Source: a candidate division FCPU426 bacterium | GTDB taxonomy: Bacteria; Oederibacteriota; Muellerivitia; Muellerivitales; Muellerivitaceae | Direction: 5' to 3' | NCBI GenBank assembly: GCA_963738405.1 | Contig: CAVTWJ010000014.1 | Location: forward strand, 64,001-128,000 | Length of the DNA: 64,000 nt | Part shown: positions 29,503 through 39,944 of the stretch, one piece after another | Position numbering within the stretch: the stretch's first letter is position 1 | Layout: every line of letters begins with the position of its first letter | The notes under the pieces: generated by a model | Seen by the model: only the letters and a program-made list of their open reading frames with translations | What the model was told of the DNA's origin: nothing | Databases searched by the model: none | Made by a program: the position numbers and the translations under genes

Positions 29503-30516
29503 TTAAACCCTGCGCGTGGATTCCCTTTCAATCAGTTCGGGTTGGAGCGTGGTAGCTTTCACTGCCAGCGGTTCCCCCGAAATCATTTGAAACATCTTGT
29601 GGGCTGAAAGCTTGCCCATTTCGTAAGGTGAAAAAGCCACCGTGGTCAGGGCCGGTTCAAGGTAGGCCGCTTCTTCCATGTTATCGAATCCCAGGACGGA
29701 CATATCTCCCGGAACCGAAACCCCTTTTTCTTTCAATGCTCGTATGGCTCCCATGGCCATCAAGTCGCTGGCGCAAATAAGAGCGCTGGGCCGGCTAACG
29801 GCAGAAAGAATTTTGAGAGCGGCTTTATATCCGCCCTCCTCTTCAAAATCGCCATCTGCGGTCCATTCTTGATGAAAGTCAAGATGATGCGCCGAGAGGT
29901 TTTCTTGGAAGCCCTGGAATCGTTCAATGGCATTCGTGGTAGTCATACGGCCATTGATGATGCCGATGCGTTCATGCCCTAGGCCCACTAAATACTCGAC
30001 TGCTTTCTTAACCCCTAATTTGTTATCGAAACCCACATAAGGCAGGTCTTCCTGTCCGGTAATCTTGCCGTTGACCAAAATGAAGGGCACATTGGCCTCC
30101 GCCAATTCGCGGATGGAGGCGTCCGTGGACCATGCGTTCAAAACGAACATACCATCCACGCTGCCATCCCCCAAGAGGGCGCGATAAGAAATCTGGGCGC
30201 GGGCGGTTTCATTGAGGGGATGAAGAAGTAAACGGTATTGTTTTTCCGCCGCCACTTCCTCCAGCCCCTCGAGGATGCTGGTAAAAAAAGAGCTGCGAAA
30301 GATGGCGGTATGGTGGGGTGCGATCAAACCACAAATGTGGGAATGCTTTTGGCGCAATCGGCGTGCATGGGCCTGGGGTTTATAGTGAAGATCCTTGATG
30401 GCGACCTGGACCTTTTTTTTACAGTCATCGCTCACCCATTTTTTGTTATTCAAAACGCGGGAAACCGTTCCAATGGTGACTCCGGCACGTTTGGCTACAT
30501 CTTTAATGGTGGCCAC
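29503..30516 (-). CDS. LacI-family transcriptional regulator
   Basis: TIKDVAKRAGVTIGTVSRVLN HTH; sugar-binding domain. Confidence 0.95.
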   Translation of the reverse strand: MATIKDVAKRAGVTIGTVSRVLNNKKWVSDDCKKKVQVAIKDLHYKPQAHARRLRQKHSHICGLIAPHHTAIFRSSFFTSILEGLEEVAAEKQYRLLLHPLNETARAQISYRALLGDGSVDGMFVLNAWSTDASIRELAEANVPFILVNGKITGQEDLPYVGFDNKLGVKKAVEYLVGLGHERIGIINGRMTTTNAIERFQGFQENLSAHHLDFHQEWTADGDFEEEGGYKAALKILSAVSRPSALICASDLMAMGAIRALKEKGVSVPGDMSVLGFDNMEEAAYLEPALTTVAFSPYEMGKLSAHKMFQMISGEPLAVKATTLQPELIERESTRRV

Positions 30517-30742
30517 GGTGTTGCTCCTGATCTGATATTTCCGGCTCAAGATAGACGGGTGGGTCACCCGATTTCCGAATTTGGAATCCAATTCGGAATG
30601 ACCGTATTTTAGAAATCAGGAAGGGCATTTGCCATGCCCGGAGACCGAATGGACGAAAATAGTTTCTAAAGTTTTCCAGGCCTGTCAGATAAGCTTCAAA
30701 CGTTTTAAGAATAACGAAAATAAGGTTTAATCTTAAAGTAGG

Positions 30743-31744
30743 TCAGCTTTTGGGCAATGAAAGCAGTTCCAAAGCCCCCTGGTTGAATTCCAGGGTGCCC
30801 ATACCTTCCGAATCGATTTTCAATCTTTTGCCATTTTGACTGGGAATAAAATTCTCGTCTTTTAGACCGGTTGGTTCCATTTTTATACGAAGCATGACCC
30901 CGGGGGGAAAGGTCCCGGGAACTTTCCATCGAAACCGGAAACCTTGATCCATTTTTTCAACGACCGCTTTCTCAAATATCTTCTGGGCCCTGAAATAGGC
31001 CCCCACTCGAAGAAGCGTATCAACCCAAATATCCTTGGATTGAAGATAATCCAAAAGCTGGGTGAATATCTTTTTGGAAATGGGTTGATATCCCCAGGGA
31101 GTCCCCTCCAAGCCGTGGATCGTAAGGATGAGCCAAGCCTCGTCCTTAAGGTCGTTGTCGATCCAAGATTGGTAAGTTTCCCAAGAAAGATTAGTTTCCG
31201 TCATTTTCGAAGGAAGGTTCAACCAATCAGGTTCCGAATCGCTTTTGAGATCTTGTTGTCCCTGCCCATAACCGCCTCGCGCCAGCAAATGGCTTTGGCC
31301 CACAAGAGTTTTGAGTTCTGGTGTCATCTCCGTATAGGGGTAGCCATAGGTGTAAACGGAAACCCCAAATTCCTTTTGAAGCACGTTTTGCGCGCCGACC
31401 ACCTGGGCGTCCAGGTCCCGGGATGTTTTTAAATCCGAGACATGCAGATGATCCAAACTGTGATTTCCAATCTCGTGTCCGGCGGCCAATATCTTCCGCC
31501 AATCATCCTTTCGGTCGATCTTGTTTCCGATGAGAAAAAAGGTGCCTTTTAGTCCCCTGGAATTCAATTCGGGCAAAGCGACATCCAAATGGGAAGGGTC
31601 CCCGTCATCAAAGGTCATGGAGATGGCCGCCCGGTGGGCATTCCAGGGCAGTACCTTGATCGAAGGCATTATTTCTTGCGCGGCCGCCAAGGAACTCATG
31701 GCCCATGCCGTTAATAAAAAAACCAGTTTCAGCGTTTTATTCAT
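30743..31744 (-). CDS. Secreted polysaccharide deacetylase (CE4)
   Basis: Signal peptide, TFDDG, HEIGNHSLDH, YPY. Confidence 0.9.
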   Translation of the reverse strand: MNKTLKLVFLLTAWAMSSLAAAQEIMPSIKVLPWNAHRAAISMTFDDGDPSHLDVALPELNSRGLKGTFFLIGNKIDRKDDWRKILAAGHEIGNHSLDHLHVSDLKTSRDLDAQVVGAQNVLQKEFGVSVYTYGYPYTEMTPELKTLVGQSHLLARGGYGQGQQDLKSDSEPDWLNLPSKMTETNLSWETYQSWIDNDLKDEAWLILTIHGLEGTPWGYQPISKKIFTQLLDYLQSKDIWVDTLLRVGAYFRAQKIFEKAVVEKMDQGFRFRWKVPGTFPPGVMLRIKMEPTGLKDENFIPSQNGKRLKIDSEGMGTLEFNQGALELLSLPKS

Positions 31745-31761
31745 CTTTCTCTCCAAAAAAT

Positions 31762-31794
31762 AAAAAGCCCTCCCCGTTCGTCCGGGAAGGGCTC
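31762..31794 (-). terminator. Terminator after amt-glnK
   Basis: agccct(c)ccc / gggaagggct stem with a T tract on the minus strand. Confidence 0.7.
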
Positions 31795-31817
31795 AGTTTA
31801 AACCAAGGACGTGATAA

Positions 31818-32153
31818 TTACAGGGCTTTAGGACCCTTTTCACCGGTTCGAATGCGGATGGCGTTCGTTACGGGCGAAACAAAAATTTTTCCGTCGCCGA
31901 TTTCGCCGGTGCGCGTCGCATTTACAATTACCTTTGTCACTTTCGCGACTTCCTTGTCGTTCACCACCGCGGTGATCACAATCTTAGGAAGAAGCCCCTC
32001 GACGCTTTGCCCACGGTAGGATTCGGTGATTCCCTTCTGTTTGCCGTGCCCATGCACTTCGGCCACGGTCACGCCCGGATATCCCACGATTTTCAAACCA
32101 TCCAGAACGGCCCGCAGAGCGCTGGGCCTTATCACCGCCTCGATTTTTTTCAT
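31818..32153 (-). CDS. glnK: P-II nitrogen regulator
   Basis: IEAVIRP, GHGKQKG, TGEIGDGKIF, IRIRTGE; directly downstream of amt. Confidence 0.93.
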   Translation of the reverse strand: MKKIEAVIRPSALRAVLDGLKIVGYPGVTVAEVHGHGKQKGITESYRGQSVEGLLPKIVITAVVNDKEVAKVTKVIVNATRTGEIGDGKIFVSPVTNAIRIRTGEKGPKAL

Positions 32154-32186
32154 TTTTGTCCTCCTTCATGGTTTTGCATTTGGTTG

Positions 32187-33563
32187 TTAGAAGTTATAAC
32201 CCTCTTCCCCATGCTGGGTGAGGTCCAGTCCCACTTCCTCTTCTCTCAAAGCCACCCGCATTCCGATCGTCTTTTCCACGATGAAATAAATCACTACGGT
32301 GCAAAAAACCGAATAACCCGCCGTACAGGCCACCGTTTTGAGCTGGATGAAAAATTGCGCCGGATTGCCGGCAAACCATCCATCCGCGCCATTGAGGGGG
32401 TTGATGGCCTTGAGGGCGAACAACCCGGTCGCCAAGGCGCCCCAAGTTCCGCCAACGCCGTGAACTCCGAAAGCATCCAGGGAATCGTCATAACCCATCT
32501 TGACCTTCACTTGGATGGCCATATAGCAAAGGCACGAGACGACGATGCCAATGATCAATGAGGCCTTCACATCCACAAAACCGCAAGCCGGAGTGATGGC
32601 CACCAAACCGGCCACCGCGCCGGAGGCCGCGCCCAAGGAAGTAGCTTTCCCGTGATGAAACATTTCGATAAGGCACCAGGTAATGGCGGCCATGGCGGTC
32701 GCCGTGTTGGTCGTGACGAAGGCGTTACACGCCAAGGCATTGGCGGCTCCTGCGGAACCTGCGTTGAACCCGAACCAGCCGAACCAGAGAAGGCTGGCCC
32801 CCAAAAGGACCAAGGTAAGGTTGTGGGGCACCATGGGAACCTTGCCATAGCCTTTTCGAGTTCCTAATAACAGAGCCAAGGTTAATGCGGAATATCCGGA
32901 AGACATATGAACCACTGTACCGCCCGCGAAATCCAAAGCATCCTTGAAGAAACCACCGCCCCAAACCCAGTGGGCGATCGGGTCGTACACGAATGTCGCC
33001 CAAAGCAGTGAAAAGACCACGAAGCCCTTGAACTTTACCCTCTCCGCATAGGCGCCGCAGATCAAGGCCGGGGTGATGATGGCAAACATGGCCTGAAAAA
33101 TCATGAAGGCATAATGAGGAATGGTTGGGGCCGCCGGGTTCACTGCAGGCATGTTGTCGAGGAAGAGCCAGTTAAGACCTCCCCAATAACTGCCGCCCGG
33201 TGCAAAGGCCAGGGAGTAACCCCAAATGACCCATTGGACGCTAATCAAAGCCACGAGGAAAAAACTCTGCATGATGGTAGCCAGAACATTCTTCCTGCGC
33301 ACCATCCCGCCGTAAAAAAAGGCCAGGCCCGGCGTCATTAAAAGAACTAAAGCGGCTGAGGTTAAAACCCATGCCGTGTCTCCAGCGCTAATCTGCGGGG
33401 CGGCGTTTGCGGGCGACGCCAGTGTCACTCCCACAGAGGCCACGGCTGAAGCCGGAGCCGGTTGGGCTAAGGCCATGGTCGCCAGGCCCAGGGCAATAGC
33501 GGTCAGGGCCAAACTGAGCGCCTTTCCCCTTAATAACAGAGTAAAAGTTTTAAGAAAACTCAT
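32187..33563 (-). CDS. amtB: Ammonium transporter
   Basis: GLAFFYGG, DFAGGTVVH, WFGWFGFN, DDSLDAFGVHG. Confidence 0.97.
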   Translation of the reverse strand: MSFLKTFTLLLRGKALSLALTAIALGLATMALAQPAPASAVASVGVTLASPANAAPQISAGDTAWVLTSAALVLLMTPGLAFFYGGMVRRKNVLATIMQSFFLVALISVQWVIWGYSLAFAPGGSYWGGLNWLFLDNMPAVNPAAPTIPHYAFMIFQAMFAIITPALICGAYAERVKFKGFVVFSLLWATFVYDPIAHWVWGGGFFKDALDFAGGTVVHMSSGYSALTLALLLGTRKGYGKVPMVPHNLTLVLLGASLLWFGWFGFNAGSAGAANALACNAFVTTNTATAMAAITWCLIEMFHHGKATSLGAASGAVAGLVAITPACGFVDVKASLIIGIVVSCLCYMAIQVKVKMGYDDSLDAFGVHGVGGTWGALATGLFALKAINPLNGADGWFAGNPAQFFIQLKTVACTAGYSVFCTVVIYFIVEKTIGMRVALREEEVGLDLTQHGEEGYNF

Positions 33564-33809
33564 TCTTCTGTCTCCTTTAATATAATGGATCTTCTCCTGG
33601 GGTAAAAAACGGATGCGAAAAAGCGAATTTCCAGCAAAGCCAAAGGATAATAGCCGAGCCGCCTAATCTCCGAATATGTTTTAAAATACATTTAGAAAAT
33701 AATTGTATAGACAACCACGTAAAGTCCTTCACGTATTTCTAAACATCAATTTCTTACGCAATTTCGATCATTTGTGGAATGATTGGTCGACTTTGAATTA
33801 AGGAAAATC

Positions 33810-34874
33810 ATGAAAACTGAAATTTTGTTCGAAAATGCCGCAAAAGCCAGAATTTCTTCCCAATTTAAAAAAGCTCAAACCCTGTATAACTCCTTGATGC
33901 GTGCCCCATTGAATCCCCTTGAAAAGGCAGAAGCATATCTTGGTCTCGCGGATGTGGAGCGAATCCAAGGTGATTTTCGTTCTTCGCTTATTCACTATGT
34001 TGCGGCTCAAAAACTGTTGAAAAAGGGTCACGATCATTTGGGCTTCACAGACGCCCAAGTGGGTTGGGCCCTGGCGGCCCGGGCCATCGGAAGACCCCAG
34101 GAAGCCCTGAAACACTTGGAGTCGGCCCTTCCCATATATAAAAGGGAAAAGGATCAACAGGGTGAGGCTTTTGTCCATTGGGCCTTAGGGGGGACCTACC
34201 GTATCGCTGGGATAATGAAGAAAGGCCTGCGGGAACTTCAAACCGCTTTAGGTCTTTACCAACAAATCAAAGACCCCGAGGGCCAAGCCTATACCTGCTG
34301 TGCCCTTGGGGGTATTTACCGCATGTTAGGCCAGTACGCGAAATCTGGAAAATATTACCGTGAAGCCAACCGCCGAATGAGAGAGCGTAAGGATACCTTC
34401 GGGATTGCTTATTCTTATTGCGGGCTGGGCAATGTGGAACGCATGGCGGGGCGGTTCCACCAAGCCCTTCCTTTTTACCGAAAGGCTGAGAAACTTTATG
34501 GAACCATCGGGGACAAAGTCAGTTACGCCTATACCCTCTGGTCCATTGGCACTACCCAAAAAATGTTGGGAAATTATCCTGAAGCCCATAAGGCTTTCCG
34601 TGGCGCGGACAAACTTTTTATCACTACTGGGGACACCCGAGGCCGCATCTATACATTATTAGGATTCGCCGAAGTCTATTGGTTGGAAGGATATCCCGCC
34701 AAAGGATTTAGCTATTGGAATAAAGCCAAAATCATCTCGGACAAAAGTGGTTTCGCCTGGGAAAAACTTCATGTGGAGGCCCTCAAAGACGGGCAGGTAA
34801 ACCCACTGATCAAAAAATATCAAGGAGCAGGTTCCCAATTTCATCCGGGTTCATTCCCCGTTAACTGGCCCTAA
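33810..34874 (+). CDS. Tetratricopeptide-repeat protein
   Basis: Repeated ~40-aa TPR units (AY...LG..YR..G....A). Confidence 0.88.
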   Translation: MKTEILFENAAKARISSQFKKAQTLYNSLMRAPLNPLEKAEAYLGLADVERIQGDFRSSLIHYVAAQKLLKKGHDHLGFTDAQVGWALAARAIGRPQEALKHLESALPIYKREKDQQGEAFVHWALGGTYRIAGIMKKGLRELQTALGLYQQIKDPEGQAYTCCALGGIYRMLGQYAKSGKYYREANRRMRERKDTFGIAYSYCGLGNVERMAGRFHQALPFYRKAEKLYGTIGDKVSYAYTLWSIGTTQKMLGNYPEAHKAFRGADKLFITTGDTRGRIYTLLGFAEVYWLEGYPAKGFSYWNKAKIISDKSGFAWEKLHVEALKDGQVNPLIKKYQGAGSQFHPGSFPVNWP

Positions 34875-34891
34875 CATTTACTAGTGCCGCA

Positions 34892-34935
34892 AAACAAAAA
34901 GCCTGTCGGGAATTCCCAACAGGCTTTTTGTTTTT
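34892..34935. terminator. Bidirectional terminator
   Basis: aaacaaaaagcctgtcggg / cccaacaggctttttgttt between convergent genes. Confidence 0.85.
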
Positions 34936-34948
34936 AAACCCGTTTCTT

Positions 34949-35869
34949 TTATTCAGAAACCAACACTGATCCTGCTTCCAAAGCCGCGATGCGTTTCTCC
35001 AAAGGAGGATGGCTAGCCAATAGGGCCATAAAGCCCCCATCCCGGCTAGAAATTTTGAAGGCGTTCATAGTCGCAGGCTCTTGAACCGCCGGAGCGGGTC
35101 TTTCATAAACCCTTTGCAGGGCCTTCAAGGCATTAATCATTTTGTTCTTGCCCGCCAGTTTGGCTCCCCCAGCGTCTGCCCTGAATTCCCTCCAGCGAGA
35201 AAAGGGCATGGTCACTAGGACGGCTCCTAACAAGCAAAGCACCATTTCCAATAGCGAACGCACCATATATTGCATGAAATACCCGCCTGATTTCCCATCC
35301 CTGCTTCGGGTGAGGAAAAAGGTGATGACGTAGGCCAGAAACATGGCGAAGGAGTTCACCACGCCCTGCACCAGGGTCATCGTCACCATATCTCCGTTGT
35401 GGACGTGGGTCAGTTCGTGGCCGAGCACCCCCTCAATTTCATCTTTTCCCATCGCGCTAAAAAGCCCGGTCGAAACGCAAACTAAAGAGCTGTCTTTACC
35501 CGGGCCGGTGGCAAAAGCGTTTGGGTCCGGGCTTTGGTAAACCCCAACCTCGGGCATTTTCGTGAGGCCGGCGTTTTTAGCGAGACGGTGGACCGTATCG
35601 AGCAACCACTGTTCTTCCGCTGAACCCGGGTTTTCCGGATTGACCACCTTCACCCCCATGGTCCACTTCACCATGACTTTCGAGAGCAGAAGTGAGAGAA
35701 AGGACCCACCCATGCCCCAAATCAGGCAGAAGCCCATCAAAACGGGATAATTAATCCCCTGGGCATTGAGGGTGGGCCATAAGCCTAAAACAGAAATCAG
35801 TAAGGTAATGGTGAACATCACTAAAACGTTCACAGCGATAAACAAAAATATCCTGCGGAACCAAGCCAT
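34949..35869 (-). CDS. htpX: Zn metalloprotease HtpX
   Basis: PNAFATG, HELTH, SRWREFRAD, SHPP. Confidence 0.96.
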   Translation of the reverse strand: MAWFRRIFLFIAVNVLVMFTITLLISVLGLWPTLNAQGINYPVLMGFCLIWGMGGSFLSLLLSKVMVKWTMGVKVVNPENPGSAEEQWLLDTVHRLAKNAGLTKMPEVGVYQSPDPNAFATGPGKDSSLVCVSTGLFSAMGKDEIEGVLGHELTHVHNGDMVTMTLVQGVVNSFAMFLAYVITFFLTRSRDGKSGGYFMQYMVRSLLEMVLCLLGAVLVTMPFSRWREFRADAGGAKLAGKNKMINALKALQRVYERPAPAVQEPATMNAFKISSRDGGFMALLASHPPLEKRIAALEAGSVLVSE

Positions 35870-35998
35870 GGAAAGCCTCCAAGAACAGGTTGAGAAAATG
35901 CCCGAAAAAATATTTTCAGGACCCTGACAAGTTACAAACCCCGAAGGGTCATTTCAAGGCTTATGGGTCGCGACAAACGCTTGTCTTTTACAAGCTTG

Positions 35999-36691
35999 TT
36001 AACGATTTGCGGGGATTAATTTCTTTAGGAATTCAGATACCGCGGCCAGTGAATCTTCCGTAATGGTGTGGGGCATGGGAAATTCCCGAAGTAGCGGTTG
36101 ATAGCCGGCCTTCTCCAACTCTTCCTTAACCTTTCGGGAACCTTCAACCGGCACCACCGGGTCCTCGGTTCCATGAACGAGAAGAATGGGAGTTTCAAAG
36201 GGCGCTTCAGCTTTTTTCAAGGTGGCCCAGGGGTCGGGCAAATAACCGCTCATGGAGACAATCCCTAGAATCTTCCCTTTATAGTTCAAACCGCTTTCCA
36301 AGGACATCACCCCGCCCTGGGAAAAACCCATCACCACCAATGGGCTGGTTTGCTTTTCTTTTTCAGGCCCGGGACGAAGGTTCGGATCGTTGGTAAAACG
36401 GTCGAAGACCTTAAAAAGATAATCCCGGCTTTCCTCAATCTGTTTTCGGTCATGGATTTGGAAGTCGTACCAAGCGAAGGCCGTATCGGGGTAGCCGTTC
36501 AACAATAGGGGAGCGTCCGGGAAAACCAACCGGCATCCAGTCAATGCCAGTTCCCCCGCAACCGGAACCAAGTCATCACCATTGGTTCCTAGGCCATGCA
36601 ACACTACAACAATCGGGGCGTTGGCCGGAACAATCGGAGGATCCATCACTAGGCATCGGTGCCTCTGAACGGTAACTTCGGAAGTGATCAT
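35999..36691 (-). CDS. Phospholipase/carboxylesterase
   Basis: LHGLG, AWYD, GFSQG, HGTEDPVVP. Confidence 0.92.
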   Translation of the reverse strand: MITSEVTVQRHRCLVMDPPIVPANAPIVVVLHGLGTNGDDLVPVAGELALTGCRLVFPDAPLLLNGYPDTAFAWYDFQIHDRKQIEESRDYLFKVFDRFTNDPNLRPGPEKEKQTSPLVVMGFSQGGVMSLESGLNYKGKILGIVSMSGYLPDPWATLKKAEAPFETPILLVHGTEDPVVPVEGSRKVKEELEKAGYQPLLREFPMPHTITEDSLAAVSEFLKKLIPANR

Positions 36692-36703
36692 TGCGCCCCC
36701 CCA

Positions 36704-37579
36704 TCAGGAATTAGATTTAAGCGCGTCCAGGGCTGCTTCCCTTACCTTTAAATCCTCGTCGTTTTTGCTAAGGTCGCGCACCTTCAGCATAAGCATGGGA
36801 TCGGGCAGGGCCTTGAAACCCTCAATCGCGGCCAGCTTGGCGGACTGCACCATTTCATCAGCTGCCTTGCCGGAAGTTTGGAGATTCAACATATCCAGCA
36901 AAGTCGGAACCGATTTGACGTCTTTCAACCGGGCCAAAGCCACAGCCGAATCGTAACGCAGAGGGAGGTTGGTATTGGCCAACTCATTTTCAAGAGCTTC
37001 CTTCGCCGGGGCGTATTGCAGGGCGCTTAGGGCGCCGACCGCCATGCGTTGAACACCCGGGTCCGGGTCAGAAAGGGCCGCCAATGCAGCAGATCCCCCC
37101 GCAGGGTCTTCGATATTGCCTAGGGCCCACAGACTGTAAACCCTTACGTCAATGGATTCATCCGTAACGGCCTCGGATAAAGCGGGCACCGCCGATTTTT
37201 CCTTGAGCCGTCCCAGCACCAGGGCCAAGTATTGACGGATGCGTGGATCGTCCTTTTTGCTGTCGGCGAAGGTTTCAACCAACTGGGTCCTAAGATTCTG
37301 GTCCATCTCGATGTTCTCGCCCTGATTCAAAATGCGGGAAAGCTCAAAGGCCGCCTGCCAGCGGTGATTGGTGTTGTCGCTGCGCAGTTCCTGCAGGTAC
37401 TGCTCAGCGGATTTGGGATGTTGGAGGGCCATGGATCCCAGGAAAAAAATTCCCAGCGCCACCAGTACGATGGCGGCGGGGACAATGAAGAGCTTGATGA
37501 ACAAGGACCAGCCCGTTTCGGGTGCATAGAGGGGCCCTTCTCCTCCCGGTACTGTGGATGTTTTTTGTTTTTCAGCCAT
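36704..37579 (-). CDS. Membrane-anchored HEAT-repeat protein
   Basis: One TM followed by D..VR..A..ALG repeats. Confidence 0.85.
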   Translation of the reverse strand: MAEKQKTSTVPGGEGPLYAPETGWSLFIKLFIVPAAIVLVALGIFFLGSMALQHPKSAEQYLQELRSDNTNHRWQAAFELSRILNQGENIEMDQNLRTQLVETFADSKKDDPRIRQYLALVLGRLKEKSAVPALSEAVTDESIDVRVYSLWALGNIEDPAGGSAALAALSDPDPGVQRMAVGALSALQYAPAKEALENELANTNLPLRYDSAVALARLKDVKSVPTLLDMLNLQTSGKAADEMVQSAKLAAIEGFKALPDPMLMLKVRDLSKNDEDLKVREAALDALKSNS

Positions 37580-38051
37580 GTTTTTTTTCCTTATTTTCAG
37601 GTGTTGAACGGCTTTTTTTGGGAAAGGCGTATTTGTCATGGACCGTCAAGTCAAATCCCTTGTGGTCCGGCGAGAAGGGCAGACCCCTATAAATCGCCCT
37701 GCAGTCGTAACATTCCACCACATCCGGAAGAAAAAAGTACAAGATTAAGTCCAAGGCTGCCCCAGCAATGAGAATTGGAAAAAACCATTTCTCAAAAACA
37801 AGCGCCAGGACAAAGATGAGAACAACCGTCCACAGGCCCAGTTTAGTATTGAAATCCTTGAGGCGGTAAAACTCCTCACATCCGCAAAGGCCGCACTTGG
37901 CGATGGACCCGTCTTTCCCGAATTTTCCTTTTCCTTGGGCCTTTCTTCCTTTACTGCAACGCGTACATGGAACCAGCCCCGGTTTGGGAAGATTGGAAAG
38001 AAATAGCCCATTTTCACATTCAGGGCAAAAGGTGTTAATTTCCATCGCCAT
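37572..38051 (-). CDS. Cys-rich two-TM hypothetical protein
   Basis: Four CxxC pairs flanking a TM hairpin; overlaps both neighbouring genes. Confidence 0.75.
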   Translation of the reverse strand: MAMEINTFCPECENGLFLSNLPKPGLVPCTRCSKGRKAQGKGKFGKDGSIAKCGLCGCEEFYRLKDFNTKLGLWTVVLIFVLALVFEKWFFPILIAGAALDLILYFFLPDVVECYDCRAIYRGLPFSPDHKGFDLTVHDKYAFPKKSRSTPENKEKKHG

Positions 38052-38842
38052 TAAAAAGGAACTCCCGTGGATAGGGTCAGGAACAGCCCCATGCCTTCTC
38101 CAATAATGGTACAAACCATGGCCGCGTAAAGGATGCCCGTGGCCGATTGGGTGGATTTGATCTTGACCGTTCCCCAAATAAAGTAAGCTGCCGCTAGGGG
38201 GGCCAAGACTCCCCAGGTCACCCGAAAGAGGGCGAATACCATGTCTTCACCCATGAGCAAAGTTCCCCCGGGGGTAAGGGGCTGTTGGCCCCAGCCCACG
38301 AAAAGGTGATAGCTCAAGACCAGTTTCAGGGCCGTAAAAGCCGTCAGAAGAATATAGGCCGCGGAGTAACGCTTCAAGGGCGTGATGGACAATTTAGGGG
38401 TTACCAGATACCAGTGGCCTAGCATCATGGCTAGGATCCCCGCTCCCAGGACAAGCGCGGAGGTAAGGGCGTGAAAGCCAAGGTATAAGGAAGCTTGCGA
38501 TTCCCGCCAGGGAAAGAAACCCAACCCTGCCCCGCCGGTAACGACCGCAAGGAAATAAGCGGACCATATCAGAAACCTCACCCTCGCTTTAAGGGCCGCG
38601 GCAAAGCACAGGGTAAAAAATAAAGAGGCACCCAAGGCCCATATCCCGGAACCGTAAGTATCACTCAAGCCTTTGCCACCATAAAACGCCAACCCAACCG
38701 AAAGGATGTCGAGTGACACGCAGAGAAAACCGAAGAAACGATAAAAGCCTTGTCCGATTTCCTTGAGGGAAACCAAAGGCATGAGGGCCAAACATCCCCA
38801 AGCCAGATAGCCGAAATATAAGAACGCGATTTTGAGGATCAA
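38051..38842 (-). CDS. Polytopic membrane protein
   Basis: About 8 TM segments; AMMLGHWYL and TQSATGILY motifs. Confidence 0.8.
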   Translation of the reverse strand: MILKIAFLYFGYLAWGCLALMPLVSLKEIGQGFYRFFGFLCVSLDILSVGLAFYGGKGLSDTYGSGIWALGASLFFTLCFAAALKARVRFLIWSAYFLAVVTGGAGLGFFPWRESQASLYLGFHALTSALVLGAGILAMMLGHWYLVTPKLSITPLKRYSAAYILLTAFTALKLVLSYHLFVGWGQQPLTPGGTLLMGEDMVFALFRVTWGVLAPLAAAYFIWGTVKIKSTQSATGILYAAMVCTIIGEGMGLFLTLSTGVPF

Positions 38843-38971
38843 TGAAACGGCCTTCCAAATAAAATCAATGTTTTATAAAACAAAAGGGCACGGTTGCCCG
38901 TACCCCTTTTGTGTTCCTGGTTTTTGTCTTTGTCTAACTGCGAGCCGCCAACTTCCGAAGGTGGCCTGTTT

Positions 38972-39424
38972 TTAATGTTGGTACCCGTCGAAACGCGGCA
39001 TCATGATGAACTTGCGCCAATCGCCGCCATGAGCGAGAACCGCGTACATTTCTTTGGCGTTGAACTTTTCCTTCGGGAAAAGATAAACCATGGCTTGAAT
39101 TTTTTCGCCCGTTCCTGAAACGGTTACTTCCCTTACTTCCCTCATCAGGCGGCTTGATTGGGGCGCCTCGGGGCGGTAACCCTCTTGCGCGTCAATGATC
39201 GCCATCACTTCGTCCAATTCCTCAAAACTCATCACTTCGCCGTAAACCGTACCGCCCGCTTCCTCAACAACCAGGGGTAATCCCGTCGGGAGCTGGTAAA
39301 GCTTGCCCGGCATTTCGGCCCTAGCCCAGGTCTTAATATAGGGGGCGATTTTGAGGTGTTTGACAGCGTCCTTCAAAAAGACGTCGTAAACGAATACATA
39401 AGAGGCGGGATAGGTTTGGGCCAT
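38972..39424 (-). CDS. Gamma-glutamylcyclotransferase (AIG2-like) family protein
   Basis: FVY, GKLY, VYGEV, D..EGY and AMVY motifs. Confidence 0.78.
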   Translation of the reverse strand: MAQTYPASYVFVYDVFLKDAVKHLKIAPYIKTWARAEMPGKLYQLPTGLPLVVEEAGGTVYGEVMSFEELDEVMAIIDAQEGYRPEAPQSSRLMREVREVTVSGTGEKIQAMVYLFPKEKFNAKEMYAVLAHGGDWRKFIMMPRFDGYQH

Positions 39425-39526
39425 GCGATCAACCTCCAGGTGGTAAAACGTGGCCGTATCGTACTAAAAACCAAAATAAATTGAAATAACGGGGAGGAGA
39501 CAAGATTTTGAATTTGATTCGGAGAG

Positions 39527-39898
39527 TTATTTCTTTAGGGGTTTTACCGCTTTTTCCTTCATGGAAATGGCCTTGGGGCCACGTTCACCGGTACGGATGC
39601 GGATGGCGTTTTTGATTTCGATGATGAAGATTTTACCATCCCCCATTTCGCCCGTGTGGGCGCCCCTGAGGATGGCGTTAATAACCGCGTTCAGATGACG
39701 TTTCTCAACCACAATTTCCAGTTTGGTTTTGGGTAGAAAATTAACCCTGAGTGAATCGGGCCAACCCGAATGGAGCCCCTTTTGGCGGCCATGACCTTCC
39801 ATTTCGGTCACCATCATGCCTGGGTAGCCGATGCGGTGAAGCTTTCCCTGAACCGCTTCTAATTTTTCAGGACGGATAATGGCTTCGATTTTATACAT
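39527..39898 (-). CDS. glnB: Second P-II family regulator
   Basis: IEAIIRPEKL, GHGRQKG, GEMGDGKIF, IRIRTGE. Confidence 0.9.
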   Translation of the reverse strand: MYKIEAIIRPEKLEAVQGKLHRIGYPGMMVTEMEGHGRQKGLHSGWPDSLRVNFLPKTKLEIVVEKRHLNAVINAILRGAHTGEMGDGKIFIIEIKNAIRIRTGERGPKAISMKEKAVKPLKK

Positions 39899-39944
39899 AC
39901 CCCACCTCTACCCGGGTCGTATTTTCTGATTTCTAAAAGCCCTA

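Noticed and set aside
30625..30640. Possible sigma54 site upstream of the LacI gene (GGGCATGGCAAATGC)
   Set aside because: Spacing fits but it lacks TGG and TTGC; too weak to call
33565..33800. Sigma54 promoter for amt-glnK
   Set aside because: Looked for GG-N10-GC on the minus strand and found no convincing match
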